A DNA stretch of 31,234 bases from a virus (IMGVR_UViG_3300037467_000590:1-31234), one strand, 5' to 3'; shown: positions 9,053 through 17,170, counted from the stretch's first letter. Translations and numbers: made by a program. Notes: generated from the sequence alone by a model not told the origin.

Positions 9053-11113
9053 CTAGAAGCCCGGCTGCTGCCCTGATTCGGGCAAAGAAAAACCGCCTTG
9101 CGGCGGTTGGGTTTGGGTCTGATTGAAGGTGGATGGGTCAGGTGGCGGGATGCCTCCCCGGGCTATATGGATGCGATCCAGGTTGTCCATGTGCTGACCG
9201 TTGGCGCTTGCCTGCATCTGATAGGCCTGCGCGTTGGCTTTGTCGATCTCAGCCTGCGCCTTCGGATCGAGCAGCGCTGTTTCGGCCTGCGTCTTTTGTG
9301 CCTGCGCATGGGACCGCTCGGCGTCGGCGGTGAGCTTCTGCACCTGGGCCATGACGCGCGGATCGGGTGGCGGCTGCGGAGCCGGCTGCGGCGGCGGATC
9401 GCCTTCCTGCGGTTCCAGGAGGCCTTGCGCCACCATGATCCTGCGAAGCGCCTTGTCCACCTCGTCCGATCCAGGAAGATCCACGTTCTTGACGACCTGA
9501 TAGGCCAGGATCGCAGCCAGCGGCGGGAACTGCGGGCCAAGCTGTCCGGCCATCTGCGCGAAGGCGTCCACCGCCTCCATGCGCTGCGTGGCATAGCTCG
9601 GGCCAACCGTCACCACCACGTCGTACTTGCCCTTGCTGATGTCATTCAGCACCACCGGCTGCCCGGTTTCCGGATCGGTGACCTGGTGATAGAGCTGCTT
9701 CCACTTCGCGCCGCCGTCCTCGCCCAGGATGCGGACCACCCGCGGCGTGTCGTACACCTTGGGAATCATGTCGATCAGGATGCGATAGGTCTGTCGGATC
9801 GCGTAGCCGAGGTTATCCACGTAATGGAACGTGGCCGTGGCGCCCTGCTGCTTGCGCTGACCGATGGCAATGCCGCTGGTTTCGTTCGACCGCGCACCCA
9901 GGCTGGCGTCGTACTGCCCTGTCGCCGCCTTCATGTCGTCGTTGTCCATGCCGGCGAGCTGTATCAGCGCGGCGGGGACTTCGGCCTGATTGGCGCGCTG
10001 CGGCATGGCGTCCGCATTGTCGTGGACCGGAAGGTACGGGAAATCTTCGGCGTTAGCACGGTTCCAGAACGACTCAAGCCCCTTGATCCATTTGAGCTTG
10101 AGCAGGAATGGCGCCTTGGGGGCCTTGGCAACGGCCTCGGTCATGGCCGTCCGGTGGACGTTGTGTAGGCGCTGCTGGTCCTTGCTCGGGCGCACCATGC
10201 CCTGCACGTAGTCAACGCCGTCGATGTTCTGGATTTCGCCCCACACCGGAACGATGGGGATGTACTGGCTCGGGAACTCGTAAGCCTCGGTGAGGAACTC
10301 GCGTCCATTGGCAAGGCGCATCATGACCTTCTTGGCCTCGACCGTGCGGCGCTTGGTGATCGTGATGCCGGCCTTTTGCAGCTCGGCCTCGGTAAGGTCC
10401 TCGGAGCTGACCACATCGCCGCTGGAAAGCGCCCAAATCTCGCGCTTGACCGGCTCCTTGTACCAATACTCCACCACGCGGATCTGATCGGACTCGAACC
10501 AATCCTTGACCTCGTGGTCGGTGTCGAAGTCGGTCAGGTCGGCATCGGGGTAGCGCCGCTCGAAATCGTCCTTGGCGATCAGTTCCTCGACAAAGCAGAA
10601 GTTGGCGTCGCTGCGGTCGATTTCCGTAGACGCGGGGTCGAACTTTACCGCCACGAAGTTACGAATGGGCTTGATGAAAACGTCAAGGTCGAAGTCGTCC
10701 GGACTGGCGTAATCGGTCGTCACGCGCCAGTAGCCAATCCCGCCCTTGACCGCCTGATCGAACGCAATGTCGTAGGCGTGGTCAGCGTTGCTCACCGACT
10801 CGATGTTGCGGCACAGGCCCTGCATCACCTCGGCCAGCGCCTGGTCCGAATCCTCCACGCCGCGCACCTTGCCCTGCGGCCGGCTCTGGCGCATTTCGTT
10901 CACAACCTGGCGCACATGCCCCTTGAGCTTCGGGAATTCGTAGCATGCCCGCTCGCCACGGCGCGCCCGCAGCTTTTCATCCCACTGATTGCCCGGCACG
11001 TCCACGAACTTGATGTCGTTGCGCGCCTGATCGTACAGGTCGGCCCAATGATCGCGCGCACGGGCGTACCGCTTGCGCATTTCGGCAAGCGCGTCGGTGT
11101 CTTTTGCGGCCAT
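9053..11113 (-). CDS. Portal protein, P22 gp1-like
   Basis: 686 aa. GNQWD, GGIGYW, VKFDP, YIPIVPVWG, KDQQRLHN, SNETSGIAI, GKYDVVVTVGPSYATQR; Q/P-rich barrel tail. Confidence 0.92.
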   Translation of the reverse strand: MAAKDTDALAEMRKRYARARDHWADLYDQARNDIKFVDVPGNQWDEKLRARRGERACYEFPKLKGHVRQVVNEMRQSRPQGKVRGVEDSDQALAEVMQGLCRNIESVSNADHAYDIAFDQAVKGGIGYWRVTTDYASPDDFDLDVFIKPIRNFVAVKFDPASTEIDRSDANFCFVEELIAKDDFERRYPDADLTDFDTDHEVKDWFESDQIRVVEYWYKEPVKREIWALSSGDVVSSEDLTEAELQKAGITITKRRTVEAKKVMMRLANGREFLTEAYEFPSQYIPIVPVWGEIQNIDGVDYVQGMVRPSKDQQRLHNVHRTAMTEAVAKAPKAPFLLKLKWIKGLESFWNRANAEDFPYLPVHDNADAMPQRANQAEVPAALIQLAGMDNDDMKAATGQYDASLGARSNETSGIAIGQRKQQGATATFHYVDNLGYAIRQTYRILIDMIPKVYDTPRVVRILGEDGGAKWKQLYHQVTDPETGQPVVLNDISKGKYDVVVTVGPSYATQRMEAVDAFAQMAGQLGPQFPPLAAILAYQVVKNVDLPGSDEVDKALRRIMVAQGLLEPQEGDPPPQPAPQPPPDPRVMAQVQKLTADAERSHAQAQKTQAETALLDPKAQAEIDKANAQAYQMQASANGQHMDNLDRIHIARGGIPPPDPSTFNQTQTQPPQGGFSLPESGQQPGF
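9084..9108 (-). terminator. Terminator-like hairpin inside the portal 3' end
   Basis: Minus strand AACCGCC-GCAA-GGCGGTT followed by TTTCTTT. Confidence 0.55.
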
Positions 11114-12366
11114 CAGTAGTCCGTCAGGTAGTTGTTGAGGCTTAACGAGGCCTCATCGTTGCTCATGCGCTCAGCGACCATTGCCATGTAACGGAAGGCA
11201 TCGGCGCCATGGCTGTATTCGTCGTGCAGCGGGGTCGAAGCCTCGCCTGTGCTGGCCGGAACATTGCGCCGGTAGCGCTTCAAGCACTCCACCAACCGGG
11301 CGGCTTGGTGCTGGTCGAAGTAGACCTGGCCGAACGCCATGCGCGCCGTTCGGATGCCCGTTTCCACCGGCTGGCGCGGGACGATCTCCACATCCCAGCC
11401 AAGGCCCTCCATGATCTCCTTGGCGCTCTTGCCGGTCTTGTAGTCGCCATGCGCGCCGTCGTGAGGCAGCCACAGCGTGCCCCAGTTGTAGCGCCGCCGC
11501 TTTAGTTCATCGGACCACCAATCGAGCGTCTTGTGCGAATCTTCCAGGTACGCGATCACCCGCAGCGTAGACAAATGGCGCTGTACGAGGATCAGGCTCA
11601 TGGCGTCATTCCAGCCAAGGTCAAACACCACCTGGACCTTCAGTGCCGGGTCGTAGGCCACGTCGCACACACGCTTGCTCTCAAGCGCCTGCGCTATCTC
11701 ATCGGCATAGATCGCGCCCGATACCGCCGGCTTGCACTTGCCTTCCCAAATGTTTGCGTAGTCGGCCGGCGTCATTGTGGCCTCGGCGTGCTGGCGCTCC
11801 TTTTCCAGCACTTCGGGGAACCACGGGTTATCCGAATAATTGACCTTGACCACCACAGCGTCCGGCGGCGGCGCGGCGATGAAGCGGACGTAGGTTTCGT
11901 CCGTGTCCAACTCTGGGTTCAGCGAAACGATGATCTCGGAGCCGTCCTTGCGGATGGTCGGGATCAGGATGTCCCAACTACGCTTGCTGATGGCCTGGGC
12001 TTCTTCGGCCCATACCTTATCCACGCCCTCAAAGGACTTGATCGACTCAGCCGTTTGATCGGAGAGGCCGGCGAACAAGAATTCCGTTCCGTTGGCTCCC
12101 TTGATGACGGTCTGCTGGATCTCGTAGAACGACCCAAGCCCGAGCGCTTCGATTTGGTCGCCCAGCAGCTTGTGGACCGAATCCTTGATCGACTTCTGCA
12201 CCTCACGAGTGCAGAGGAAGCGCTGCCGCTTCGTGGCGCCATCTATCAGTAGGTAACGCGCAATGCCCCAGCTCTTGGCGCCACCACGACCGCCATGCAG
12301 CACCTTGTAGCGGTGCGGCTCGAACAGGCAGCGAAGCTTGGCGGGGAACTTCGCATCAATCGTCAT
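11113..12366 (-). CDS. terL: Terminase large subunit (PBSX/Sf6-type)
   Basis: Walker A GGRGGAKS, REVQKSIKDSV, IKSFEG, Walker B WAEEA, nuclease motifs DLGWND, LPHDG, HGADAFRY. Confidence 0.95.
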   Translation of the reverse strand: MTIDAKFPAKLRCLFEPHRYKVLHGGRGGAKSWGIARYLLIDGATKRQRFLCTREVQKSIKDSVHKLLGDQIEALGLGSFYEIQQTVIKGANGTEFLFAGLSDQTAESIKSFEGVDKVWAEEAQAISKRSWDILIPTIRKDGSEIIVSLNPELDTDETYVRFIAAPPPDAVVVKVNYSDNPWFPEVLEKERQHAEATMTPADYANIWEGKCKPAVSGAIYADEIAQALESKRVCDVAYDPALKVQVVFDLGWNDAMSLILVQRHLSTLRVIAYLEDSHKTLDWWSDELKRRRYNWGTLWLPHDGAHGDYKTGKSAKEIMEGLGWDVEIVPRQPVETGIRTARMAFGQVYFDQHQAARLVECLKRYRRNVPASTGEASTPLHDEYSHGADAFRYMAMVAERMSNDEASLSLNNYLTDY

Positions 12367-12659
12367 TCAAACGATACGCGGATGCTTTGCTGCACCGGGC
12401 CGCCGCCGGGGCCGGTCATCTCTGTACGGCTGAGCTTGGGTGCCGCGAACTCGGCCAACTTGGCGATCAGGTCTAGCGCCTTGGCCGGATCAGGCTTCCC
12501 CGCCTCCGTGCCGTCACCCTCTGCAACCTGAGTCAGCCAGCGCCCAACGTTCTCGCTGTTGTCCTCAAGCAGCCGGCGCACTGTCTCCCGGAACTCCGCA
12601 TTGACCTTGTTGGGCACGCCCTTGCGCGAGCCGCCGCCCGTTTTGATCCCTTTCGCCAT
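12363..12659 (-). CDS. terS: Terminase small subunit
   Basis: KTGGGSRKGVPNK N-terminus, AEFAAPKLSRTEMTGPGGGPVQ C-terminus, directly upstream of terL with ATGA overlap. Confidence 0.75.
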   Translation of the reverse strand: MAKGIKTGGGSRKGVPNKVNAEFRETVRRLLEDNSENVGRWLTQVAEGDGTEAGKPDPAKALDLIAKLAEFAAPKLSRTEMTGPGGGPVQQSIRVSFE

Positions 12660-12687
12660 ATCAGTCAGTCTCAGTGTGCGATGCGAC

Positions 12688-13134
12688 TCACGGTGCAGTC
12701 AGCACTAGCGGGCCAGACACAACCGGCGGCACGTCGAAGCACGGGTAGTCGCGCACGTCCACGCGGAAGCGCTGCACGTACACCTCGCCGTTGTCTAGCG
12801 CGGCCTCGCATTGGAGCCACTCGCAGCCGGGCCAGTTGGCCGAGATATCGACTGCGGCCTGGCGTAACCCATCCAGGATGCGGGCATTGCTCATGGCAAC
12901 TGCATAGCCGTCGTAGCAGCGCCAGATGATCGATGCGATTACGCGCGCCGCACTAATGGCTCCGTTGTAGTCAGCCACAAGGCACCGCTTCTCACCGCGC
13001 ACGAGGCGGGAGTCATGGACACGCGCCCGGTCGTGGGCGGAGACATAGCACCGCGTGGCGCGGCCGATCTCATCGCACGAAGCTGTCGGAAGATCCGCGT
13101 TGGCCTCAGTGGCGAATGAAAGGATGAGTGCCAT
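12688..13134 (-). CDS. Hypothetical beta-rich protein, possible fibre adaptor/virion accessory
   Basis: ATG at 13134 in a TGATG overlap. C-terminal CEAALDNGEVYVQRFRVDV resembles Ig-like phage adaptor proteins (tentative). Confidence 0.55.
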   Translation of the reverse strand: MALILSFATEANADLPTASCDEIGRATRCYVSAHDRARVHDSRLVRGEKRCLVADYNGAISAARVIASIIWRCYDGYAVAMSNARILDGLRQAAVDISANWPGCEWLQCEAALDNGEVYVQRFRVDVRDYPCFDVPPVVSGPLVLTAP

Positions 13135-13574
13135 CAGCCGACGCTCCAATTAGCCTCAAGACCCATGAAGGCCAGCGGCCAATGCGATGCGTCGGCGGGA
13201 TTTGGAGTCCATGGCGAGCTGGCATTGCCGCCTGAAAGAGGGAAACCATCCTGCGATCCCGCGGCGGTGACCTGCTGCACAAAGGCAGACGCGGCGCCCG
13301 TGAGCGCCCCCACGACGCGTGCCGATGTTGCATTTGCAGGAAGCCCAACCGCCACGATGGCATCGCGTCCAGCGAAGTCGGCGGCATCAGTCAAAAGGCT
13401 TACAACGCCGCTCGTATCGACGCTAACGGTAAGGGTTGCCCCAGCAGAAAGCGGGTCGGCAAATTGTGCTTCTTCGCCCTTCGCGAGCGTGCCCGTCCAA
13501 TCCCAGGCGCTAGCCCCGCCGGCCCACACCTTGACCTCTTGCGGCCCGAAGTTGAATGCGTTAGCCCACGTCAT
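13134..13574 (-). CDS. Hypothetical Ala/Gly/Ser/Thr-rich beta protein (possible virion component)
   Basis: 146 aa, coupled at both ends, composition typical of virion proteins. Confidence 0.6.
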   Translation of the reverse strand: MTWANAFNFGPQEVKVWAGGASAWDWTGTLAKGEEAQFADPLSAGATLTVSVDTSGVVSLLTDAADFAGRDAIVAVGLPANATSARVVGALTGAASAFVQQVTAAGSQDGFPLSGGNASSPWTPNPADASHWPLAFMGLEANWSVG

Positions 13575-13627
13575 GCCTTCGCCTCGTTCTGTTCGGCGCT
13601 ATCGAGGAAAGCCTTGGCGTTGCTCAT
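13571..13627 (-). CDS. 18-aa micro-ORF
   Basis: MSNAKAFLDSAEQNEAKA; ATGA overlaps with both neighbours. Confidence 0.45.
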   Translation of the reverse strand: MSNAKAFLDSAEQNEAKA

Positions 13628-13842
13628 TTGACTATCGCCAGGGAGGGCTTGCCCTCGTTAAGCAGGAGCGAGTCAACGGAAACTTCGCCCTTGCCTGGAA
13701 TCCCCATGAACAGCGCGCCTTCCTCAAGCGTCCGATACAGATACAACCCGCCGAATCGCTCGCACAGCGCAGCGCCATCAGGCACCCACGCTTCGCCCTC
13801 CGAGAGATAGACATCGGAGTCTTGAAGATCGCGCTTGCTCAC
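13624..13842 (-). CDS. Hypothetical protein (72 aa)
   Basis: GTG start 2 nt after the upstream stop, AAGGG upstream. Confidence 0.6.
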   Translation of the reverse strand: MSKRDLQDSDVYLSEGEAWVPDGAALCERFGGLYLYRTLEEGALFMGIPGKGEVSVDSLLLNEGKPSLAIVK

Positions 13843-13844
13843 GG

Positions 13845-13952
13845 TTAGCCGCCCTTGGAGTCGCTGCCGATGGTCGCCCCATCAGCCTGCGTACAACCCA
13901 TGCCAGCAATGCCGTTGCCCGTTCCGGTCAGGAATCCAGTCTTGTCACTCAT
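13845..13952 (-). CDS. 35-aa Gly-rich micro-ORF
   Basis: MSDKTGFLTGTGNGIAGMGCTQADGATIGSDSKGG; GGTGAG upstream; overlaps the preceding ORF. Confidence 0.4.
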   Translation of the reverse strand: MSDKTGFLTGTGNGIAGMGCTQADGATIGSDSKGG

Positions 13953-14025
13953 CAGGCTCACCAAAGAACGGAGATACGGCAGCCGCCAGCATCACCAGCA
14001 GCCAGATTAGGCGGGCTAGGAGCAT
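13945..14025 (-). CDS. 26-aa single-TM peptide
   Basis: MLLARLIWLLVMLAAAVSPFFGEPDE; weak RBS. Confidence 0.35.
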   Translation of the reverse strand: MLLARLIWLLVMLAAAVSPFFGEPDE

Positions 14026-14045
14026 TGGCTGCACCGTGAATAGGA

Positions 14046-14389
14046 GGGCCACCCGAAGGTGGCCCGGATGGGTCCTACTACGCAGACTGGCTGCGCCTCA
14101 GACCCAATTTCCGGTTACCAGAGTCCGGAGATGCCGTTAAGCCGCACCGGGTTATCGCCTACCCGTGTGCCGGGATCGGCCATACGTCGCATGCACAACC
14201 CACCTTTCGGCGGTATCAGCGGAACGAGCGGAAATTTCCATTCTTCTCAGGGTTTCTGCCGAACCCTGCCGCTGAATTTGGTGCCGCCCGGTTCTAGCTT
14301 GCCGGGTCTTGCGTGACCAATGGGAGTAACGGTAGAGGCTGGGCGGCTAGGTCTTAGGTAAGCACGGAAATTTGCGATTGTCGCAGTCG
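14046..14389 (-). ncRNA. Structured non-coding region (multi-hairpin, includes CCA-ended element)
   Basis: No convincing ORF on the operon strand; at least six stems back to back, including GAAA and UUCG tetraloops on the minus strand. Confidence 0.5.
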
Positions 14390-14686
14390 TCAGAACGGCA
14401 GACGCGAAAGAATGTCCTGAAGGCGGTAGCTCATGCGGGCCTGCGTCCGCTTCATGGAGTCGATGTGGTCAAGCATCTGGCCCTGCCACTTCTCGGGCGC
14501 CTCCACTCCACAGCCATCACTCAACACAGGCTTGGGCGGAGCCAAAACACGGTCCAGCTTGTCGAAAAGCTGGTCAATCACGCCTTCCGTGTAGGATTGC
14601 TCTTTCTCCAGCGCTCCAATAGCCTGATCGTACTGGGCCACGGACGGCTGCTTGCTGCCGCAATTAGGGCTCTGCTCGTTGTACAT
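14390..14686 (-). CDS. Hypothetical coiled-coil protein (98 aa)
   Basis: ATG at 14686 (TGATG overlap, GAGG RBS); MYNEQSPN...LQDILSRLPF. Confidence 0.65.
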   Translation of the reverse strand: MYNEQSPNCGSKQPSVAQYDQAIGALEKEQSYTEGVIDQLFDKLDRVLAPPKPVLSDGCGVEAPEKWQGQMLDHIDSMKRTQARMSYRLQDILSRLPF

Positions 14687-15204
14687 CACACCACCTCTCT
14701 GTTTTCGCGCATCACGCGCACGTATTGGTAGTGAAGCTCCGCGTGGTAGTTGGCGAAGCCGTCGATCATCATGGCCGTCAGGGAATTGCGGACCTTCCGG
14801 TACTTCGGTGCCCATACGTCCAGCCGTCCAGCGGCCACATGGGCGGCCTCGTCGTACTTGCCAGCGATGACGAACTCCAAGGCATCTACACCGGCCTGTG
14901 CGATCCAGTCATTGCGACGGCCACGGGGAGCCACGGCAGACTGTCCGTTGATCTTCTTGGCCCGCGTATAGGCCCTAGCGCAGCCGATGGCCCATGCTGC
15001 TAGCTGGCGGTCGAACATCGTGTCGCCACGGACAATGCGGCTGTATAGCTGCCATCCGGGGTAAGTCGGGTCGAATTGCTTGCTGGCCCGGTTGGCGGCG
15101 TCAACGCAGGCATCCGACAACTGCGGGCAGGCGAACACCTGGTCCACGTCACGCTGCTTCAGGAGCCAGTCGCCCACAGCCTGGGGGATGGTGGCGGTGG
15201 TCAT
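14686..15204 (-). CDS. Putative late regulator/Q-like antiterminator (172 aa)
   Basis: ATG at 15204 (ATGA overlap). Lies near the end of the nin region, with an HTH-like C-terminus (AAHVAAGRLDVWAPKYRK). Function inferred from position only. Confidence 0.4.
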   Translation of the reverse strand: MTTATIPQAVGDWLLKQRDVDQVFACPQLSDACVDAANRASKQFDPTYPGWQLYSRIVRGDTMFDRQLAAWAIGCARAYTRAKKINGQSAVAPRGRRNDWIAQAGVDALEFVIAGKYDEAAHVAAGRLDVWAPKYRKVRNSLTAMMIDGFANYHAELHYQYVRVMRENREVV

Positions 15205-15344
15205 GCAGAAGCCTCGCGCATGACCCCGAGACGCCCGTGGAGCCATAGCAGGTAGCCCCACCAACAGTCCCCGTGGCGACCAAACACGATGGTTGGCAGC
15301 AAGTACCAGCTCGAATAGCCGCAGCAGTCGAAAATCAGTTTCAT
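15201..15344 (-). CDS. 47-aa Trp-rich hypothetical protein
   Basis: MKLIFDCCGYSSWYLLPTIVFGRHGDCWWGYLLWLHGRLGVMREASA; GGAGG RBS; ATGA overlaps on both sides. Confidence 0.6.
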   Translation of the reverse strand: MKLIFDCCGYSSWYLLPTIVFGRHGDCWWGYLLWLHGRLGVMREASA

Positions 15345-16078
15345 GCCGCAGCCTCCACGTAGTTAGCCCTGCCCGGCTCGCAGTCCGTCGAACGGAACCA
15401 CGTGCCGCACCCAAGGCACTGCATGCGGGCGTATCGCCGCGTGGACGTGATCGCGTAGCCCCGGCGCTGGTGCTTCTCCCCGCCACACTTCGGGCAGACG
15501 TGGTGCTCGCCGTAGTTGTTGCGGTTGGGATGGTTAGGAATCCAAGGGAGGATTTCGCGGTATAGATCCTCAAGCAGCTTCACGTCCTGCCGGTTGTACT
15601 TCTCCATCAGCTTCCACGCGGCTGGGTCGCCCTTCATGCAGGCGGTCCATAGCGGCATGCCCTTGTGTTCCGTCTTTCGGCCAAGGCCCATGCGCTGGGC
15701 GACGTAATCGAGCTTGCGGCTGGCGATCTTCGCCTTGCGCATCGTCCGCAGCAGGTCGATCTGGCGGAACGGCGCTGGCGGCCTCATGTGGGCGAACATG
15801 AACTCGCCCGTCAGCACGGGGATGTCGAATGAGAGGCCGTTGTAGTGGCAAACCGCGTCGGCCTCGTCCAGCAGCTTATGGACCCCGCGCAGCATCCGGT
15901 CAGGCTTGGACTTGTGAACCGAGTCGAACATCATCTCGCGCTCGCCAAACCACTTTGCCGCGTAGCAGAGCGTGTAGCCCGGCTCGACAATCTGGTTGGT
16001 CGCAATGCGCTGGTCGAACAGGCCCCATGCGTAGACCTGGTGCGGGGCCGTCTCGATATCGAGCATGAGGATGCGCAT
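15341..16078 (-). CDS. DEDD/RNase H-like 3'-5' exonuclease with C-terminal Zn ribbon
   Basis: LDIET (ExoI), HYNGLSFD (ExoII), YNRQDV (ExoIII), CPKCG...CLGCG. Confidence 0.85.
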   Translation of the reverse strand: MRILMLDIETAPHQVYAWGLFDQRIATNQIVEPGYTLCYAAKWFGEREMMFDSVHKSKPDRMLRGVHKLLDEADAVCHYNGLSFDIPVLTGEFMFAHMRPPAPFRQIDLLRTMRKAKIASRKLDYVAQRMGLGRKTEHKGMPLWTACMKGDPAAWKLMEKYNRQDVKLLEDLYREILPWIPNHPNRNNYGEHHVCPKCGGEKHQRRGYAITSTRRYARMQCLGCGTWFRSTDCEPGRANYVEAAA

Positions 16079-16659
16079 TAGAGCCGATCCTCCCCGCCCG
16101 CCAACCGCTCGTCATGGTCGCGGATGGTTTCGGCAGCCATCGGGTGGGCGTTCTGCGGGATCGGGCCAGTGGTTCCCGCGTGCGAGCCTTGGCTATAGCC
16201 CTTGCGCTCAGTAACGGGGATGCCCCATCGCACATCCCACTTGGGGACTCGCTCGGGCTTATCGCTCGCCATGTCGTAGGCGATCTTGGCCTCGCGCATG
16301 GCGGCTGCGTTGGCAGGCTTCGGATTGATCGCCCAGCCGAGATATACCTGCGCCTTGCGCAAGTCCTCGATACCGCCCTTTTCGCGGTAGCGGCTGACGT
16401 ACTTCAGCACGTTCCCGATGCAGTACGCCTCGAAGCCGGGGCCATCCAGCGTTGCGCGGATGTAGTCGATAGTCTCGATGCCGGCGCGCTGGTAGTGGGC
16501 GGGCTTGGTAACTGGGTCAATGACGTAGCCGTGTCCCGGCTTGCTTGGGGGGCTACCTGCTCCGCGACCGTCACACGCCCCTGTCGGCTGTTGCGAACGC
16601 CTCGCCTTCCGTTCCTCGTGGTCGGCGTACAGGTTGTCGGGGTAGTGGAGGCCGGTCAT
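16078..16659 (-). CDS. DUF3310 (T7 gp1.7/SaV-like) domain protein
   Basis: DPVTKPAHY...IETIDYI...YCIGNVLKYVSRYREKGGIEDLRKAQVYL. Confidence 0.85.
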   Translation of the reverse strand: MTGLHYPDNLYADHEERKARRSQQPTGACDGRGAGSPPSKPGHGYVIDPVTKPAHYQRAGIETIDYIRATLDGPGFEAYCIGNVLKYVSRYREKGGIEDLRKAQVYLGWAINPKPANAAAMREAKIAYDMASDKPERVPKWDVRWGIPVTERKGYSQGSHAGTTGPIPQNAHPMAAETIRDHDERLAGGEDRL

Positions 16660-16862
16660 GCGCGCGACCAGCGTTCGACATAGCAAGCGCCCAAGGTCGA
16701 GCCATCGTCTCGAAGCACAACAGTGGCGATGCCAAACGGAAACCGATCAGCTAGCCACACATAACCAAACTGATAGGCGCGGCGCCTGTTCTCTTCCCCG
16801 TCGTAGTCGAACAGAATGACCCAGCGACCGCGAATCTTTCGATAGAGCTTGTAAAGCCACAT
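16656..16862 (-). CDS. Hypothetical protein (68 aa)
   Basis: GAGGG RBS; ATGA overlap with the next gene. Confidence 0.6.
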   Translation of the reverse strand: MWLYKLYRKIRGRWVILFDYDGEENRRRAYQFGYVWLADRFPFGIATVVLRDDGSTLGACYVERWSRA

Positions 16863-16897
16863 CAGCCGTCCCTCGGTTCTAGACGGCTCTCAATTTC

Positions 16898-17170
16898 CTA
16901 CGTTCCTGTCGCGCTCGCCGGCATTTCATGCGACAACTTTTGCTCGCGTGCCTTCAGGTTCAGCCGGTACACGGTCGATCGTGAGCAGCCGATGCGCGCG
17001 GCGGCAATTTCCGCCCCCAGCAGCGGCAACATGCTCGCGGCATTCCTGATGCGCCGCGCCTTGTAGAGCAGCGTAATCATCCGCGCCTCTACCTCCCCGA
17101 GAATTGCAGATTCAACACCCTCGCCTTTCAAAGCTTCGAGCGCTTCCGTAAGCAGGCTTTCGGTAGTCAT
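16898..17170 (-). CDS. Small HTH DNA-binding protein
   Basis: C-terminal HTH AEIAAARIGCSRSTVYRL; GGAAGG RBS. Confidence 0.65.
   Translation of the reverse strand: MTTESLLTEALEALKGEGVESAILGEVEARMITLLYKARRIRNAASMLPLLGAEIAAARIGCSRSTVYRLNLKAREQKLSHEMPASATGT

Noticed and set aside
13945-14025. Holin
   Set aside because: Only 26 aa, weak RBS, and no endolysin or spanin nearby.
14046-14275. tmRNA or a known self-cleaving ribozyme
   Set aside because: No tRNA-Ala-like ends or tag ORF; hammerhead (CUGANGA/GAAA), twister and HDV cores not found by eye.
14323-14331. 9-bp match GGAGTAACG with 21445-21453 in the initiator gene as an antisense target
   Set aside because: Same orientation on the likely transcribed strand and short enough to arise by chance.
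14279-14347. Canonical tRNA gene
   Set aside because: No T-loop, D-loop GG or proper anticodon arm; kept only as a tRNA-like finding.
14686-15573. 295-aa ORF as listed in the track
   Set aside because: Its 5' part overlaps the exonuclease and the 47-aa gene; the real start is likely ATG 15204.
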